Part shown: positions 1-14,309 of the stretch, piece after piece
Layout: each line of letters opens with the position of its first letter
Position numbering within the stretch: the first letter of the stretch is position 1
NCBI RefSeq assembly: GCF_009914755.1
Contig: NC_060941.1
DNA: 64,000 bases
Source of the DNA: the human T2T-CHM13v2.0 reference genome, Homo sapiens
Strand: one strand, 5' to 3'
Notes under the pieces: generated by a model
Told to the model about the DNA's origin: nothing
The model's database searches: none
What the model saw: only the letters and a program-made list of their open reading frames with translations
Translations under genes and position numbers: made by a program

Positions 1-1108
1 CTTGGGATTTGTCTGACATTTTTCGCTTATTAAACTGGGGTTATGAGATGTTGAAAGGAAGCCCCAAAGGTCAAGTGCCATTCTCATCACATCATGTCAA
101 GGGGACCTGCTGTCAACATGCCTTATTACTGTTGATGTTGACCTTGATCAACTGGCTTGAAGTAGTGTGTATCAGGTTTCCCTGCTGCAAAGTTATTCCC
201 TTCCCCTCCCCATTTCCATGTTGTATTTTTTGGAAGGAAGTCCACTCTGTTCTACCCACACTCAAGGAGTGGAGAGTTATGCTTTATTTACTTTAAGGTG
301 GGGTGTTTGGTACATAAGTTATTTGGAATTCTTCTATGTAGGAGATTTGCCTATTCTCCCTAATTAATTCATTTGTTCAATGTTTTATTTATATCCATTT
401 GGACTCATAGATAATTATTTTGTACTTTGGGTTATAATCCAATACTACTTTATTTTGTTGTTCAAATTATTCCAGTTTTGGCCATCGGGAGCTCTTTCAG
501 CTGGCTCCTGTGTCCCTTTGACATATCCTTATCATTGTGGTTTTTTAAAAAAAATATTGTTTTCAAAACTTCTTTGCTTTCTTGTACCATAAGCTGTTCC
601 AGGCTCATCTCATTTATTCTCTGCTCCATTCCTAGATGCATCCATTTCTCTAAGGAGCCCTGGTTTATTTTATTATAGAATGGTATTGGAAGCCAAGATA
701 TGGGTGCTAGGTATGATCATTGATAATGGAAGGCTGTTGCTTGTAGACCCTTTTAGCCATCAGAGTAAGGAAATATATGTGTGTATACTAACCTGTGTAT
801 ACATACATGTCTATATTATTGTATGTATTCATCTGTGTGTATATTTAACCAAATATGAGCTTATGCTGATTTCTCTCACATTCATGTAGTATCACATGGA
901 TCATTCTAGCTTCCTTTCCTATCTGTAACTTACTGCTAAATAGTGAGAACCTAGCTTCCATCATCTTCCATGTGTTCTATTAATGGTTCAATTCTGTTGT
1001 TCATGCATAGTGGTTTCTTTGCCTCTGTGGTACATGACTTTCATCAGAGTACAATGCTTATATGCAATTATTTTGCCTTTAGTCTTACAGATAACACTGA
1101 TTTCTAAA

Positions 1109-1491
1109 TGTCTTAGTCTGTTTTCTGCTGCATCACAGAATACCACAGATTGAGTAATTTATAAAGGCAAGAAGTTTATTGGCTTATGATTCTGGAGGCT
1201 GGGAAGTCTAAGATCAAGGGGCTGCCTCTTGTGAGGGCCTTCTTGCTGTGTCATAACATAGTGGAAGGCAAGGAGGGCAGAAGAGGGTGAGAGCATAGAG
1301 CATATGAGACACAGAGAGAATAACGGAGCTGAACTCCCATAACTAACCCATTCCCATGATAACAGCATTAATCCACTCATGAGACAAGCCCTCATGACCT
1401 AATCAGTTATTAAAGTTTCTATCTCTTAATATCATCAAAATGGTAATTAAATTTCAACATGAGTTGTGGACAGGATGTCCAAACCATAGCA
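1109..1491 (-). mobile_element. MaLR solo LTR (MST/MLT1A-type)
   Basis: tgtcttagtc...ttctggaggctgggaagtctaagatcaagg...ctcatgacctaatca...caaaccatagca, with TG..CA ends. Confidence 0.85.
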
Positions 1492-2047
1492 ACAAAGTAA
1501 TATAGGTCAGCATAGTTCTCTGCACCTCCTTCAGAAAGGTTATTTTATACATTTATAATATAGTCAGATTATTTTGTCACAGTCTGCATTCCACTGTGAA
1601 ATCTCCTGACCACCCAAATGAATTTTTAAAATGTGCAGATATTAAGGTTTACTTTGTGTTGTAAGGCTCTATAGATTTTGACAAATGCAAAATGCTGTGT
1701 ATCCACCATTATATTATCATATAGAATAGTTTTACCACCCTAAAAAAACCCTCCTCTCTTCCAACCCCCGATCTGTTTACTGACTTTCTAGTTCTGCTTT
1801 TTCCAGAATGTCATATGAGTGAAATTTTTTCAGACTGGCTTCTTTCACTAAGCAATATTCATGAAAGATTCATTCATGACTTTGAGTGGCTTGATAGGTC
1901 ATTCCTTTTTATGACTGAATAGTATTCCACTGGATGGATATACCACAGTTTATTTACTTATTACCTGTTGCAGGACAACAATCTTGGTTGCTTCTAGTTA
2001 TTGATGATTATAAACAAAGCTGCTATAAACATTCATGAATAAGTTTT

Positions 2048-2541
2048 GTCAAAGGAAATTGCACTGGGCAAGTTAAATAGGCAAGGGGGACCTTATTCCA
2101 GACTATTAAAGCAGGAGAGAGAGATTGAAATTAACTCCACTGAAAAAAAAAAGAGCTTTTAAGTGTTGGGGTGAGCTAGTGAAAAAGTACTGGAGGATAT
2201 TAAGGTGAAGCTTGGCTAATGTGATCAGGGCATTTTTGATTACTATTAGCACTTTTGAAGTTAGACTCCTTCCACAGAGTCTGGGAGATAGGGGCACTAT
2301 ATTTATTGATGTTTACATTTCAAAGGGACAGCTCCCAGGTGCTTGAGACATCCCTGGGTGGCAAAACTGGCAAGGGGCTGGAAGAAGATTTCCATCATAA
2401 AGGGGCAGAGAAATAATTCACAATTGCAATTTTTCTAAAGTAAATGATCTAAGAAAAGGGAGGTTTAGGGACCTATGGTCAGGGAGAAACCTGTCTAAAG
2501 TGTAGACAAGGTGAGGAGAATGTTAGGGCCATTCTTGGTCC
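2048..2541 (-). mobile_element. ERV1 solo LTR (MER67/MER31-like)
   Basis: Reverse complement has tttactttagaaaaattgcaattgt...ctctgcccct...ggagctgtccctttgaaatgtaa; TG..CA ends; splits the L1M. Confidence 0.65.
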
Positions 2542-3808
2542 ATTTTTGTATGGACTTAAGTTTTCAAATCATTTGAGCAAATACCAAAGAGCATGATGGC
2601 TGGATTGTATGGCGAGACTATGTTGAACTTCATAAGAAACTGCCAAACTATCTTCCAAAGTGATGCACTATTTTTCCTTCCCACCAGCAATGATGAGAGC
2701 TCCTCTTCCTCCACATTCAGCAACTGGCATCATCTATTTTTTAGGTTTTGGCTATTTAAATAGGTGTGCAGTAGGTATTCTTTTAAACAGACACACTCCC
2801 TCAGGTCACCAGCTTACCAAGACTTGTGGACATCCCTCTGTCAGCCTTCCTTCTCCACATATGCTACTTTCTTCCAGTTGTCTGGTCTTCCCAGGCTCCA
2901 CTTCATGGATTCTTTCTCCAACACTCTGCTGTTCTTGAGTCTTGTAACCCACTCCTTCTCTAAGCCCAAGCCCAAGACTAGGTTATTGAATACGTCATTT
3001 ATATGGAGACTGAAATCTCCTGCTGGGGTAAAGCAGAAAACCGTGAGTAGGTTTCAACATCTTCAGGGAATGAGAGGAAGTTCTAAGAGGTTGCTGGATG
3101 GTCAGATGCATAGAGGTTAAGGGCGGATAGAGCCCAGTGGTGTGAGCCCCAGCAGAAGATGAAAAAGATAAGGTCTAGAAAGTGGCAATGGGGATCCAGT
3201 TAAGGTCCAACTCAAATTTGGTATAAAGTGGGGTAAAAGTTATCCTCACGTGAGGATCAGATTCCCATTAAGCCTGGGAGTGAGAAAAAGTTCGACAAAG
3301 AGGCCAAAGATACAGAATTTTTAACATTAACAATGGAATGAGTTTTTCAGTGGACAGAGCTACAAGATTTTTTTTTTTTTTTTTGCTTCTTTGATTTTTT
3401 TTTTGTTTGTTTTAGTAGGCAGGCTCTATTCTGGACTCAAGACTGAAGAAGTGCAAAGCAGCAGTCAGCTAGAATACAAGAGTGATGAGATGGGGAAAAG
3501 TCCTTGCCTTTCATTGGGTGACTGAGGATGAGAACTCTGGTAGCAAATGACTTGCCTCAAAGTACTTAATTTTGGCCAAAAGTAGCAGGATATTTGATCC
3601 CAGAAATGGCTGAGGGTTCACAAAATATATATTGCTTGGTCTTGAAAAAGTGGTGAGAGCTGCTATGTGGCTTATAGGCAGAGATGGAAAGAATCCAGTT
3701 CTGGGTGGACATCATCTCATGGTTTGAGGTGTGTTGGCAAATGCCCAGTTTGGGAAAAGGCTCCCATAAAGATAGAACTGCATGTCTACAGAATGGCCCT
3801 TGGAAGGT

Positions 3809-4250
3809 ATGGCAGTAGCAGAAGTATGCCACTCAGACCTCTTTTGAGAGGACCTGCAGCAGGGAGAATAGTTGAGTGACAGTTCCCAGCTGTTGTTCCA
3901 TGGATTGCAAGGCCACATTCTCCAGGTTGCTTCCAACCAATGCTGGGTGCAGCTGGCTTACTAGCACAGCCCTATTTCTGCCCAGTGCTGGATTTCCCTA
4001 ATGGGCAACTTTTGCTTGGAGACTCTGTATTGGCCAGGTGAAAATTTTCTCAGAACTGTGTTGCAGTCTGAGGCTCTTCCTACACAATTCTTCCTTCCTT
4101 CTCTCCTTTTTCACATGTAAGACTTGCACATACTCCTCTTGCCTATCCCATTCCTTCATCCTTCATCCTTCATGGCCATTTCCCTGATAAATCTTTTGCA
4201 CATTTAATTCTGTCTTGAGGGCTGCTGCTCAGAGGACCTGAACTGATACA
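3809..4250 (+). mobile_element. ERVL solo LTR (LTR16A-like)
   Basis: gccactcagacctc...ctcagaactgtgttgcagtctgaggctcttcc...ataaatcttttgcac...gaggacctgaactgataca. Confidence 0.75.
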
Positions 4251-5789
4251 GTATGGGAGTGTCAGAGGACTTTATTCTATGCAGAGCCTATGTCAGTGAG
4301 TTCAAAGGGTCTTATTTTTGTTCATCCATTCGTTTTTGTCATCCCCTGACCTCTCATATTTGATACTTGTCATTGCTCCTTTAGCTATGATGGTGACCCC
4401 TCTGACTGTATACATTACTTTGGGCAAACCCCTCCTACTGCAACCTGGCGCTGGAATCCTCCTCCTAGTTCAGCATCTTATTTATTGGAGGAGCTCCTTC
4501 TAACACATTCCAGCTCATAAGTAGGAATCAGGTGATTTTACTAAATGTGTGTAACTCTTGTAGGCTGAGGATTAAAGTATTCCTATACTAGCTGGAATGT
4601 AAACCGGTCCTACAACACACTTCAGGTAGTCCTAGAGCCTGGACCTGTTAGAAGATAGCCACACCTTGGAAGGTGACAGTAAGCTCTCAGGAATAGGCTG
4701 GGATTTTTTTTTTTTTTCTCGTTCTTGAATCTTGCGGTTAGGTAGACATACAGACAGTGTCTGCAGCATTCCCAGGAGGGCCCAGGAGGTATAAAACCCC
4801 ATTGAGAATGGCAAAGAAAGTTTCCCAAAGAATCTCATGGAATGATTATTCCCCCATTCCTATTTCCCCTCCTCTCCTCTCCCCACAGCACTCACAAAAG
4901 GCCTGTGGTCTGATACCCCTACGGCAAGAGCAGTTTCCACTGTGAGGTCTGAGGAATAAGATAGGGTCACTGACAAGAAATGAGTCACTAATTCAGAAAC
5001 CAGGGGTGTTAGGAACAGTGGTGAATGGGGTGGTTCATGTGCAGTTGACCACAGGGGTCTTGAACCTTGTGAAAGTGCCAACGTCTGGTTTTATTGGCTG
5101 CCGGCTGCACGGTGTGGTGATGGGCCTGCTGGACGAAAGACTCAGGAAAGGGCAGTTGCTGTGAGGATCAGTGGAGTTGATGGACATTCAGGCACTTTGT
5201 AAATGAAAAGGTCATATAGCACTGAGGGCCATAGGTCCTGGCCTGGGTGCTCGTCGGAGTAGGACCTCTTATGAGTCGTGGCATCTCTCTGCTTTGTTTT
5301 CCAATCTAAAATCCTGGCCACCCCCGCCCCCCACCTCTTCTTGCAGATTGGCTGAAGGGAGTCAGTGAGGGAGCAGACAGGAACACATTTTTCCTCTGCT
5401 CTATCCTGCAAACACAAACTCTGTGCAGATGAGGCGTCTGTTACAGAAACTGTTAAGGCTCGTCAAACAAATCAAGCTATATACGATGTGGCACCTTCCT
5501 CCCTGGGCGAGCAGGTGCAGTGTCCAGCATCTCTGGCCCCCGTGGCCTCCCAGAAGGAAGGGAGGGAGCCTTGGCAGTGTGAGCAGAAGAGCAGGCCATG
5601 CCATGCTTTGGGGAAGAGAAAAGGGAAAGACATGTGTGTCTGGTGTTTGTTCCCTGCCAACACTTCCTGCTCCTTTGTTCTTCTTTGTCCAGTCATTGTT
5701 ATTTTTAAAAAAAATTAGACAAAAATAACTATATTATGTTTTCTAAAAATTATGGATTCTAAGCATTGCTGCTGAAAAATTATCAGAAT

Positions 5790-5990
5790 TGATATTGATT
5801 GAGCTCATAATCTGTGCCAGGTACTGGGCTAAGCACTTTACATGCACGAGCAACAAGAGAAGGAAGGAACTATTGCTATGCCCATTTTACAGATGAGCAA
5901 AGTGTGGCTGAGAAAAGTTAGGTAATTTGCTCAAGACATAAACTAGTATTGTAGGGGATGGAATGGAGGCTTTGCTTTAAAGTCTCTGTC
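5790..5990 (-). mobile_element. MIR SINE
   Basis: tgtgccaggtactgggctaagcactttaca...cccattttacagatgag core. Confidence 0.8.
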
Positions 5991-6019
5991 CTCATCAAAA
6001 TACCTTAATGCCTTTCCAT

Positions 6020-6500
6020 AGGTAGAAATACAGGCTGCTATAAAGAAGAAAGCAATAAAAGCATTCATAATCCTGTCCACCAAATAAAACTGTCGTTAAT
6101 ATTTTGGCATATAACCTTCTGGATATTTTCTAGGCTATTTTACATTTTTTTTGCAATTTTTTTCAATAATGTCCTATGGACATCTTTCCATATCAATAAA
6201 TATCATTCCAAAGAATGAATTTTTAAATAAATTACTGCATACTGTTTAATTATATGAATGCACCATAATTTTTTAAACCAATCTCTATTTCTTGGGTATT
6301 GCCAGTATTTTGCTTTCATAAACAATGCTGTGGTGAACATCCTTGTTAATGCATCTTTGAACACTTGTCCAACATACTCCACAGCATACATTGCTAGAAG
6401 TGGAATTGAAGAGTTAAAGTAGCTGTAAACATTTTAAACATGGCACATATTGACAGATTACCTTCCAGAGGGGATACACGGATTCACATTCCCACTGCTA
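6020..6500 (-). mobile_element. Old L1ME fragment
   Basis: aacaatgctgtggtgaacatccttg...ctagaagtggaattg; weak ORF2 C-terminal similarity in ORF 6203-6391. Confidence 0.6.
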
Positions 6501-6684
6501 GGATTCTTTCTGAGATAAGTTTGAGAAGTACCATTTAGAATAATCTCTCTCTTTTTTTTTCCTGTCACTCACTAGTACTCACTTTGATGTCTGTCCCTCT
6601 TAATTTTTGGATTTACTTCCTGTTTTTGGCTCTTATGGTTTGGAGGCTCTCCAAATGTTCTCCTCATGTTGTTTTAGTTGTTTA

Positions 6685-8460
6685 AAAATTATTTTATTGA
6701 TGTAAATTTGGCATATCATATAATTTACCCTTTTGAAATACACAATTCAATGATTTTTTATTAAATTTACCAAGTGGTGCATCCATCACCATAAATCAGA
6801 TTAGAGTATTCTTATCATCTCGGCTTCTGCACAGCAAAAAAATCAGCAGAGTAAACAGACAATCCATAGAGTGGGAAAAATATTCACAAGCTATGCATCC
6901 ACCAAAGGACTAACATCCATAATCTACAAGGAAGTCAGACAAATCAGCAAGGAAAAAGCAAATAATCTCATCAAAAAGTGGGCTGAGGACATGAATAGAC
7001 AATTCTGAAAAGAAGATATACAAATGGCCAACAAACATGAAAACATGCTCAACATCACTAATGATCAGGGAAATGCAAATCAAAACCACAATGTGATACC
7101 ACCTCACTCTTGCAAGAATGGCCATAATCAAGAAATCAATAAATAATAGATGTTGGTGTGGATGTGGTGAAAAGGGAGCACGTTTACCCTGCTGGTGGGA
7201 ATGTAAACGAGTACAACCACTAACAGTATGGAGATTCCTTAAAGAACTAAAAGTAGAAATAGCACTCGATCCAGCAATCCCACTCCTGGGTATTTACCCA
7301 GAGGAAAAGGAGTAATTATATGAAAAAGACACTTGTACATGCATGTTTATAGCGGTGAAATTTGCAGTTACAAAAATATGGAACCAGCCTAAATGCTCAT
7401 TAACCAATGAGTGGATAAAGATAATGTGGCATATATACACCATGGAATACTACTCTCCCATCAAAAGGAATGAAACAATAGCATTTGCAGCAACCTGATT
7501 GGAGCTGAAGACCATTATTCTAAGTGAAGTAACTCAGGAATGGAGAACCAAACATCGTATGTTCTCATTTATGAGCAGGAGTTAAGCTATGAAGACACAA
7601 AGGCAAAAGAATGATATAATGGACTTTGGAGACTCAGGGGGAAGGATGAGAGGAGGGTGAGGGATAAAAGACCACACACTGGGTACAGTGTACACTGCTC
7701 GGGTGATGGGTGCACCAGAATCTCAGAAATCACCACTAAAGAACTTTTGCATGCAACTAAACACCACCTATTCCCCCAAAAATATTGAAATAAAAATAAA
7801 AAGGAATATTCTTATCATCTTAATATCTCTCAAGCAAGCATATTTACTGCTAATATACATCTTTCCCTCTTCTCTGTTCTTTCCCCAAGTAACCAGTAAT
7901 CTACCTTCTGTCTCTATAGCTTTGTCATTTCTGAATACTTCATGTACATGGAATCATGCAATATGTGGTCTCTTGTCCCATCATGTTTTTGAGGTTTATC
8001 CATGTCATAGCATGTATTGGTCATGCCGACTAGTTTATGTTGTATGTGTGTGTGCCGTATTTGGTCTAGTCATTCATTCACCAGTTGATGGACATTTGGG
8101 TTGTTTCCAATTTTTTGATATTACGAACAACACTGCTAAGAATGTCCACGTGCATGTCTGTGTGCAAATATGTTTTCATTTTTCTTGAGTAGGTACCTAA
8201 GACTGAAATTGCTGGATCATAAGGAAAACTCATGTTTCACTTTTTAAGAAATTGCCAAACTGTTTTCCAAAGTAGCTGTGCCTTTTTATATTGCTACCAG
8301 CAATAAATGAGGGTTTCTGGTTTTCCACATCCTCACCAACATCTATTATTGCCTGTCTTTTTTATTGTAGCCATTAGTGGGTATGAAATGGTATCTCATT
8401 GTGGCTTTAATTTGCATTTCCCTAATGACTAATGATATTGGGCATTTTTATGTGCCTTAA
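6685..8460 (-). mobile_element. L1MB-like 3' end, split by an L1PB insertion
   Basis: tttattgatgtaaattt...tacacaattcaatgatttttta; resumes after 7820 with ccagttgatggacatttgggttgtttcca. Confidence 0.75.
6821..7802 (+). mobile_element. 5'-truncated L1PB1-like LINE-1 with TSD
   Basis: ORF2 C-terminus remnant, PB-type 3'UTR (gggtacagtgtacactgctcgggtgatgggtgcacc) and A tail; TSD tattcttatcatct at 6807-6820 and 7807-7820. Confidence 0.9.
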
Positions 8461-8594
8461 ATTTTTTTAAATTAAAGATATCCACTGTACAAAATTAAAA
8501 ATATGCAGAAAAGTCAAAGAAAAATATAAAAATCCCTTGTATTTCCACAATCTAGATATAACCATTGTTACTATTTGAAATGTTTTTTTTTCAG

Positions 8595-8596
<2 letters not shown>

Positions 8597-8644
<48 letters not shown>
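8597..8644. repeat. (GT)24 microsatellite
   Basis: Perfect dinucleotide run. Confidence 0.97.
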
Positions 8645-8645
<1 letters not shown>

Positions 8646-8734
8646 TTGTTTACAAATAGGGGTCCTACTATGAATACTGCTTGGAAAATTGTTCTTTCCT
8701 TTCATAGTTCCTCATATCATTAGAGATTCTTCCA

Positions 8735-8920
8735 CAACTTTGGTTATAACCTCTTCTTCCTCAATATACTCATTCTAATCAGTCTTACAAATGAAATCTT
8801 TTGTGGAATCCCAATAAACAAAATGGAAAGCAGAGCTTCTCTAAATAGAGATTGAATAGTGTGGGTCATGCTAGATCCCTTGGCCTTTTTGTGGCTTCTG
8901 AGAGCCAGTTTTTAAGCCTC
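8735..8920. mobile_element. hAT-Charlie MITE (MER117-like)
   Basis: caaatgaaatcttttgtggaatcccaata...aaagcagagct resembles the recalled consensus. Confidence 0.45.
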
Positions 8921-8979
8921 TCTTGTATATTATTTTTAATGGCTGCAACTAATTCTCTATATTGAACATTGAGATTACA

Positions 8980-9105
8980 TAATGGCTAAGCAGATAGGAA
9001 CTAGCCTGCTGGGATTTGAATCTCAGCTCTGCCATTTACTAGCAATGTATTCAATGGTGCCCTTGGCCTTGGTTTCCTTGTTTATAAACTGGGAATAGTA
9101 ATATC
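8980..9105 (+). mobile_element. MIR fragment
   Basis: tttgaatctcagctctgccatttactagc...gtttccttgtttataaactgggaatagtaata. Confidence 0.7.
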
Positions 9106-9108
9106 ACT

Positions 9109-9643
9109 CACTGCCATAGGAGAGCTATGTGGGCATACATGCAATGATTACAACAATTTTGCCTACCTCAGTGTGAGTTACTTAATTTCACATTTGTATA
9201 ACATAAAATTTAAAATTAACAGTTTTAAAAAATGTATGTGACAGGCTAACAATCATTGCCTTGGTAGGTCACATGAACTGGTCAATGGAGTATTTCAGAG
9301 AGAGGAAGTCAGTTTATACTCTAATTCGCAGTATACAGATATAATAAGAGGTCTTGAAAATTTACCTTTTGTATTGTCACAATTTCTACAAGGTCATTTT
9401 TTGGTGATTTTGTGAAATGAGAGATTGCAAGAAAAGGCATTACATTTAAATTTATAAAAGATGTAACTGTTAACTATTGTGTTCAAAATATAAGATTCTG
9501 AGGATAATCTGCCCCAGAACACCCTGATGCTTCAGCATTGTTTGCTCAAAAAAGCTTTTCAAGAAAAGGGTTTTCTCCTAAAGAAGATTTCTAATGCCAA
9601 CGTCTATGGCTTGTTTTGAAGGAGATAGCTTCTACGGTGTTTG
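9109..9643. mobile_element. Old hAT-Tip100 element (Arthur1-like)
   Basis: Degenerate terminal inverted repeats cactgccataggagagct / agcttctacggtgtttg with AT-rich interior. Confidence 0.5.
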
Positions 9644-10575
9644 CTCATCCTGTTTTACAATATGTATTAATATTTAAACCATATATACACTTTAAATTGC
9701 TTCCCTTTTATTTTCCCTAAGGCCTTGATCTTTCAACTAAGGGTCTGTTGACTAAATGAATGACTGATTGTCTCTTATTTAAATCTGCTTGTATGTCCCA
9801 TAGTAACAATTTATTGCTTATATCATATAAAGCCTGCATGTTTGCTGTATTGCTAGACATTATGCAATTTTTGGTTATCATTACAAAGGAATATTTCCCT
9901 CCATTTTCCCATTACATTTCCAACTGGTTATTATTGATATGGTTGATAGGCAAATAAAGCTGAACTGCCACATTTCAGCTGTGGTTTCACAACTGACACA
10001 GATTTCAGCAGTGTCACATTTAGCAGAACACAAGGCTGATATTTAAAAGAATTGAAAAACAATTAAAATCTTTCCTGAAGACTCACTAAAGGGTGCAAGG
10101 GGAGCATTACATTGCATGGTGCACAGCAAAGCAGGCTAGATGCCTCATCATTGGTCACCCATCCTACCAGCTGTGTATCTCTCTCTCTCTCTCCATTCAC
10201 CTCTTCCAGATCTATTCTGCTCTTCCTTGGGTAGCACCAAGCTCCTTTAAATGTCACCCCAAACTAGTATTTCTAGGATTATTCCAACTCTGCCTGTCTA
10301 TCCATTACTGTGATCAGCACCGCCCAAGCTGAGATCCTTGGTCACTTGAGCAACAAAACATTCTCTATTAGTTATTTGTTGCTACATGACAAATTACTGC
10401 AACCTTAGCATCTTAAAGCAACATTTATTATCTCACAGTTTCTCTGAGTCAGGAATCTGGGAGCAGCTTAGCTGCATGGTTCTGGTGCAAGATCTCTCAT
10501 GAGGCTGTGGTCATTTCAAGATTCAATTAGTGGGAGGAGCTGCTTCCAAGCTGCTGGTAAGCCTTAGTTTCTTGC

Positions 10576-11267
<692 letters not shown>

Positions 11268-12192
11268 CTTGCCATGCGGGGATCTACATAGGCCGAGTGT
11301 CTTCATGATATGTTAGCTAGCTTTCCCCAGAAAACACACAGAGAGAAAGTGATGAGAGAGAGACAGAGAGCGAGAGAGAGAGAGAACCCAAGTCAGAAGA
11401 CTGGGGGAGTGAAATGAAGCCTCACTTCTTGAGAGACATATTAAAGAATTGTGAACATATCTTTAAAACCCTCATGGATTACTTTTTATAGTGAGTTGGG
11501 AAAGAGTGTAAATTATTAGGCTTTTTTTTTTAGACTTGGCCTGCATAAAAATGCTATTGATTTCTGTGTTTGCATTTTTTAATTGGCCAGCTTACCAAAC
11601 TGTTATTAGATCAAAAGTCTTCAGTTAATCCTTTTTGGGTTTCCAGGTAATCACATTTTTCCTTTCCTCCAATATTTATATTGTTTTTTTTCTCTCTCCT
11701 TTTCCCAATCACTGGTTAGAATTACCTGAATAACAACAATAAATGATAAAGATAAGTAATGGTGGTGATGATGGACATCCCTGTTTCATTTCTCAGAATG
11801 TCTTTAGTATTTCATTGATAAAAATGATGCTGCTGCTCTTGGTTTATTATGTTAAGGAAGCACCTTTTATTGTGCTAATTTACTAAAAATTTTCAACTCG
11901 TTCTGGTTTTTGGAAGTTGGTTTTGTTGTAAGGTTTTAAGAACTGCCCATTCTTGGATTTCCTAAAGCTTCAAATGAAGAATTTTAGGCTTTCAGAATCC
12001 TAGCATGTGACCAGGCCAGAGCTCATGTCCAAAGGGTTGGACAAGAAGATTCTGACATTTATCTTGAACTTACTACTCCCAAGTTCTTTTCTGTCCCTCC
12101 TTTGCAGTCTCCACCAAAGAACTCTTTGTTACATTCCATTTTCTGTCCCCAGAAAGCATATTTTTAAGGGAGGAAGAGAATTATCTGGGCAA

Positions 12193-12517
<325 letters not shown>

Positions 12518-13129
12518 TTACATCGACTGACACAGGAAGATCAGGGTCATCTATGGCTGGGCTCCACCCACCCCTGCCCTTCTCTCGCCCCTGGAGGGAG
12601 TCAGGTGATTCTTGTCATCCGTGGAGAGCCTCCAGACCAATGGCTGATTTGTGGTCCTCAGGGTTAATGGTGCGGTACACAGGAGAACCTGTGCAGGTAG
12701 CTTTTTCTGCAAATAATTTCTCTAGGAGATTGAATGGTGGGCAACCTGTCAGTATCCTCCCCACTCCATGGACCTTGTTTATAAGTTCCACCCTTGCATT
12801 ATGGTGATCTCGTATTTTTTGACTCAGGGGAAAACTAGTTTGCTATAACAGTTGGATAAAATAACCCTTGTGACTGGCCCCATTAAAGGATGATGTTTAG
12901 CTTTGCTTCTCAAAGTGCCAGTGAGCAACATCAGTGTTCCCTGGGGGCCTGTTAGGAATGCAGACTCTCAGGCCCTATGCAGACCTGCAGAATCAGAAAC
13001 TGCAGTTTCACAAACCCACAGGTGATTTTCATGCACATTACAGTTTTAGAAGTGCTAAAGCACTTTGGCTGCACATTGAATCATCCGGAGGGCTTTAAAA
13101 AACCTACAGTGCTCAGGCCACACCCTAGA

Positions 13130-13341
13130 CTAGTGGGTTTCAACCATGTGGATTTTGCCCTACACTTCCTAATATTTGCCAATGTTTGGAGGTAGTTTTG
13201 GTTGTTATAACTGGGTTGCAGGTACTACTGCCATCTAGTGGGTAGAGATCAGGGATGCTAAGCTTCCTTCAGTGTAGAGGACAGCCCTTCAAAAAATTGT
13301 TCGGCTCAAAATGTCAATAATATCAAGGTTGAGAAACCCTG
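13130..13341 (+). mobile_element. MER20
   Basis: ctactgccatctagtgggtagagatcagggatgcta...caaaatgtcaata...ggttgagaaaccctg. Confidence 0.85.
13226..13242 (-). promoter_or_regulatory. CTCF motif in MER20
   Basis: Reverse complement CCCACTAGATGGCAGTA matches the CTCF core. Confidence 0.55.
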
Positions 13342-13407
13342 CCCAGGATTTCTGAGGGAGGGACCAGGCATCATCAATTTCCCAGTTTTAATTCTCAGAC
13401 CCCTAGG

Positions 13408-13725
13408 GGCTGAGTGTGGTGGCTCACACCTGTAATCCCAGCACTTTGGGAGGCCAAGGCAGGAGGATGGTTTGATACCAGCCTGGGTGACATAGTGAGA
13501 AGTTGTCTCTACAAAAACTAATTTTTAAAAATTGGCTGAGTGTGGTGGCATGTGCCTGTAGTCTCAGCTACTCAGGAGGCTGAGGCAGGAGAATCACTTG
13601 AGACCAGGAGTTCAAGACTGTAGCGAGCAATGATTGAGCCACTGCAATCCAGCCTCAACAATAGAGTAAGACTCTGCTCTGTCAAAACAAACAAATAACA
13701 AACAACAAAAAACAAAACAAAAAAA
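13408..13725 (+). mobile_element. AluJ with left-arm deletion and (CAAA)n tail
   Basis: ggaggatg, gacatagtgaga and ccaggagttcaagactg J-type features. Confidence 0.9.
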
Positions 13726-13928
13726 TTCCCCCCCAACCAACCAACCGAACAAAACAGAATCCCCTGGGGCTGATTATACAGCTCCCCGGACCCTTCTACA
13801 GGTGATTCTCAATTAATGGGTCTGGAATGGGGCTGGAATTCACAATTATAACAAGTACCCAGGTGATGCTTATCATCAGGGAAGTTTGGAAACACTAACC
13901 CAGGGGCAGGGAACGCATAGAAGCCAGG

Positions 13929-14309
13929 TGATACGATTTGCATTTGTGTCCCCACCTAAATCTCATGTCTAATTGTCATCCCCAGTGTTGGAGGAGGGGC
14001 CTGGTGGGAGGTGATTGGATCATGGGGATGGACAGCCCCCTTGCTATTCTCGCGATAGTGAGTGAGTTCTCATGAGATCTGGTTGTTTAAAGTGTGTAGC
14101 ACCTACCCCTTTGCTGTCTTCCTCCTGCTCCAGTCATGTAGGACGTGTCTGATTCCCCTTTGCCTTCTGCCATGATTGTGAGTTTCCTGAGGACTTCCCA
14201 GCCAGGCTTCCCGTACAGCCTGCAGAACCGTGAGCCAATTAAACCTCTTCTTTATAAGTTACCTGGTCTCAGGTAGTTCTTTATAGCAATGTGAGAATGG
14301 ACTAATATA
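13929..14309 (+). mobile_element. MSTA solo LTR
   Basis: ccccagtgttggaggaggggcctggtgggaggtgattggatcatgggg...ggactaatata; TSD ccagg/ccggg. Confidence 0.9.

Larger units (their letters stand above)
1..2780 (-). mobile_element. Old L1M (L1MC/MD-like) 3' region, interrupted by MST-type and MER67-like LTRs
   Basis: Antisense L1 motifs, e.g. gaatagtattccactggatggatataccacagtttat and agaaactgccaaactatcttccaaagtg...ttcccaccagcaatg. Confidence 0.75.
12903..13900. mobile_element. Cluster of MER5-type hAT-Charlie MITE pieces, containing MER20 and an AluJ
   Basis: gaatcagaaactgcagttt...caggtgattttcatgcacatta; ccaggtgatgcttatcatcagggaagtttggaaacact. Confidence 0.7.

Noticed and set aside
6807-7820. Exact 1000-bp spacing of a 14-bp direct repeat
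   Set aside because: It is the TSD of the L1PB insertion; the round number is a coincidence.
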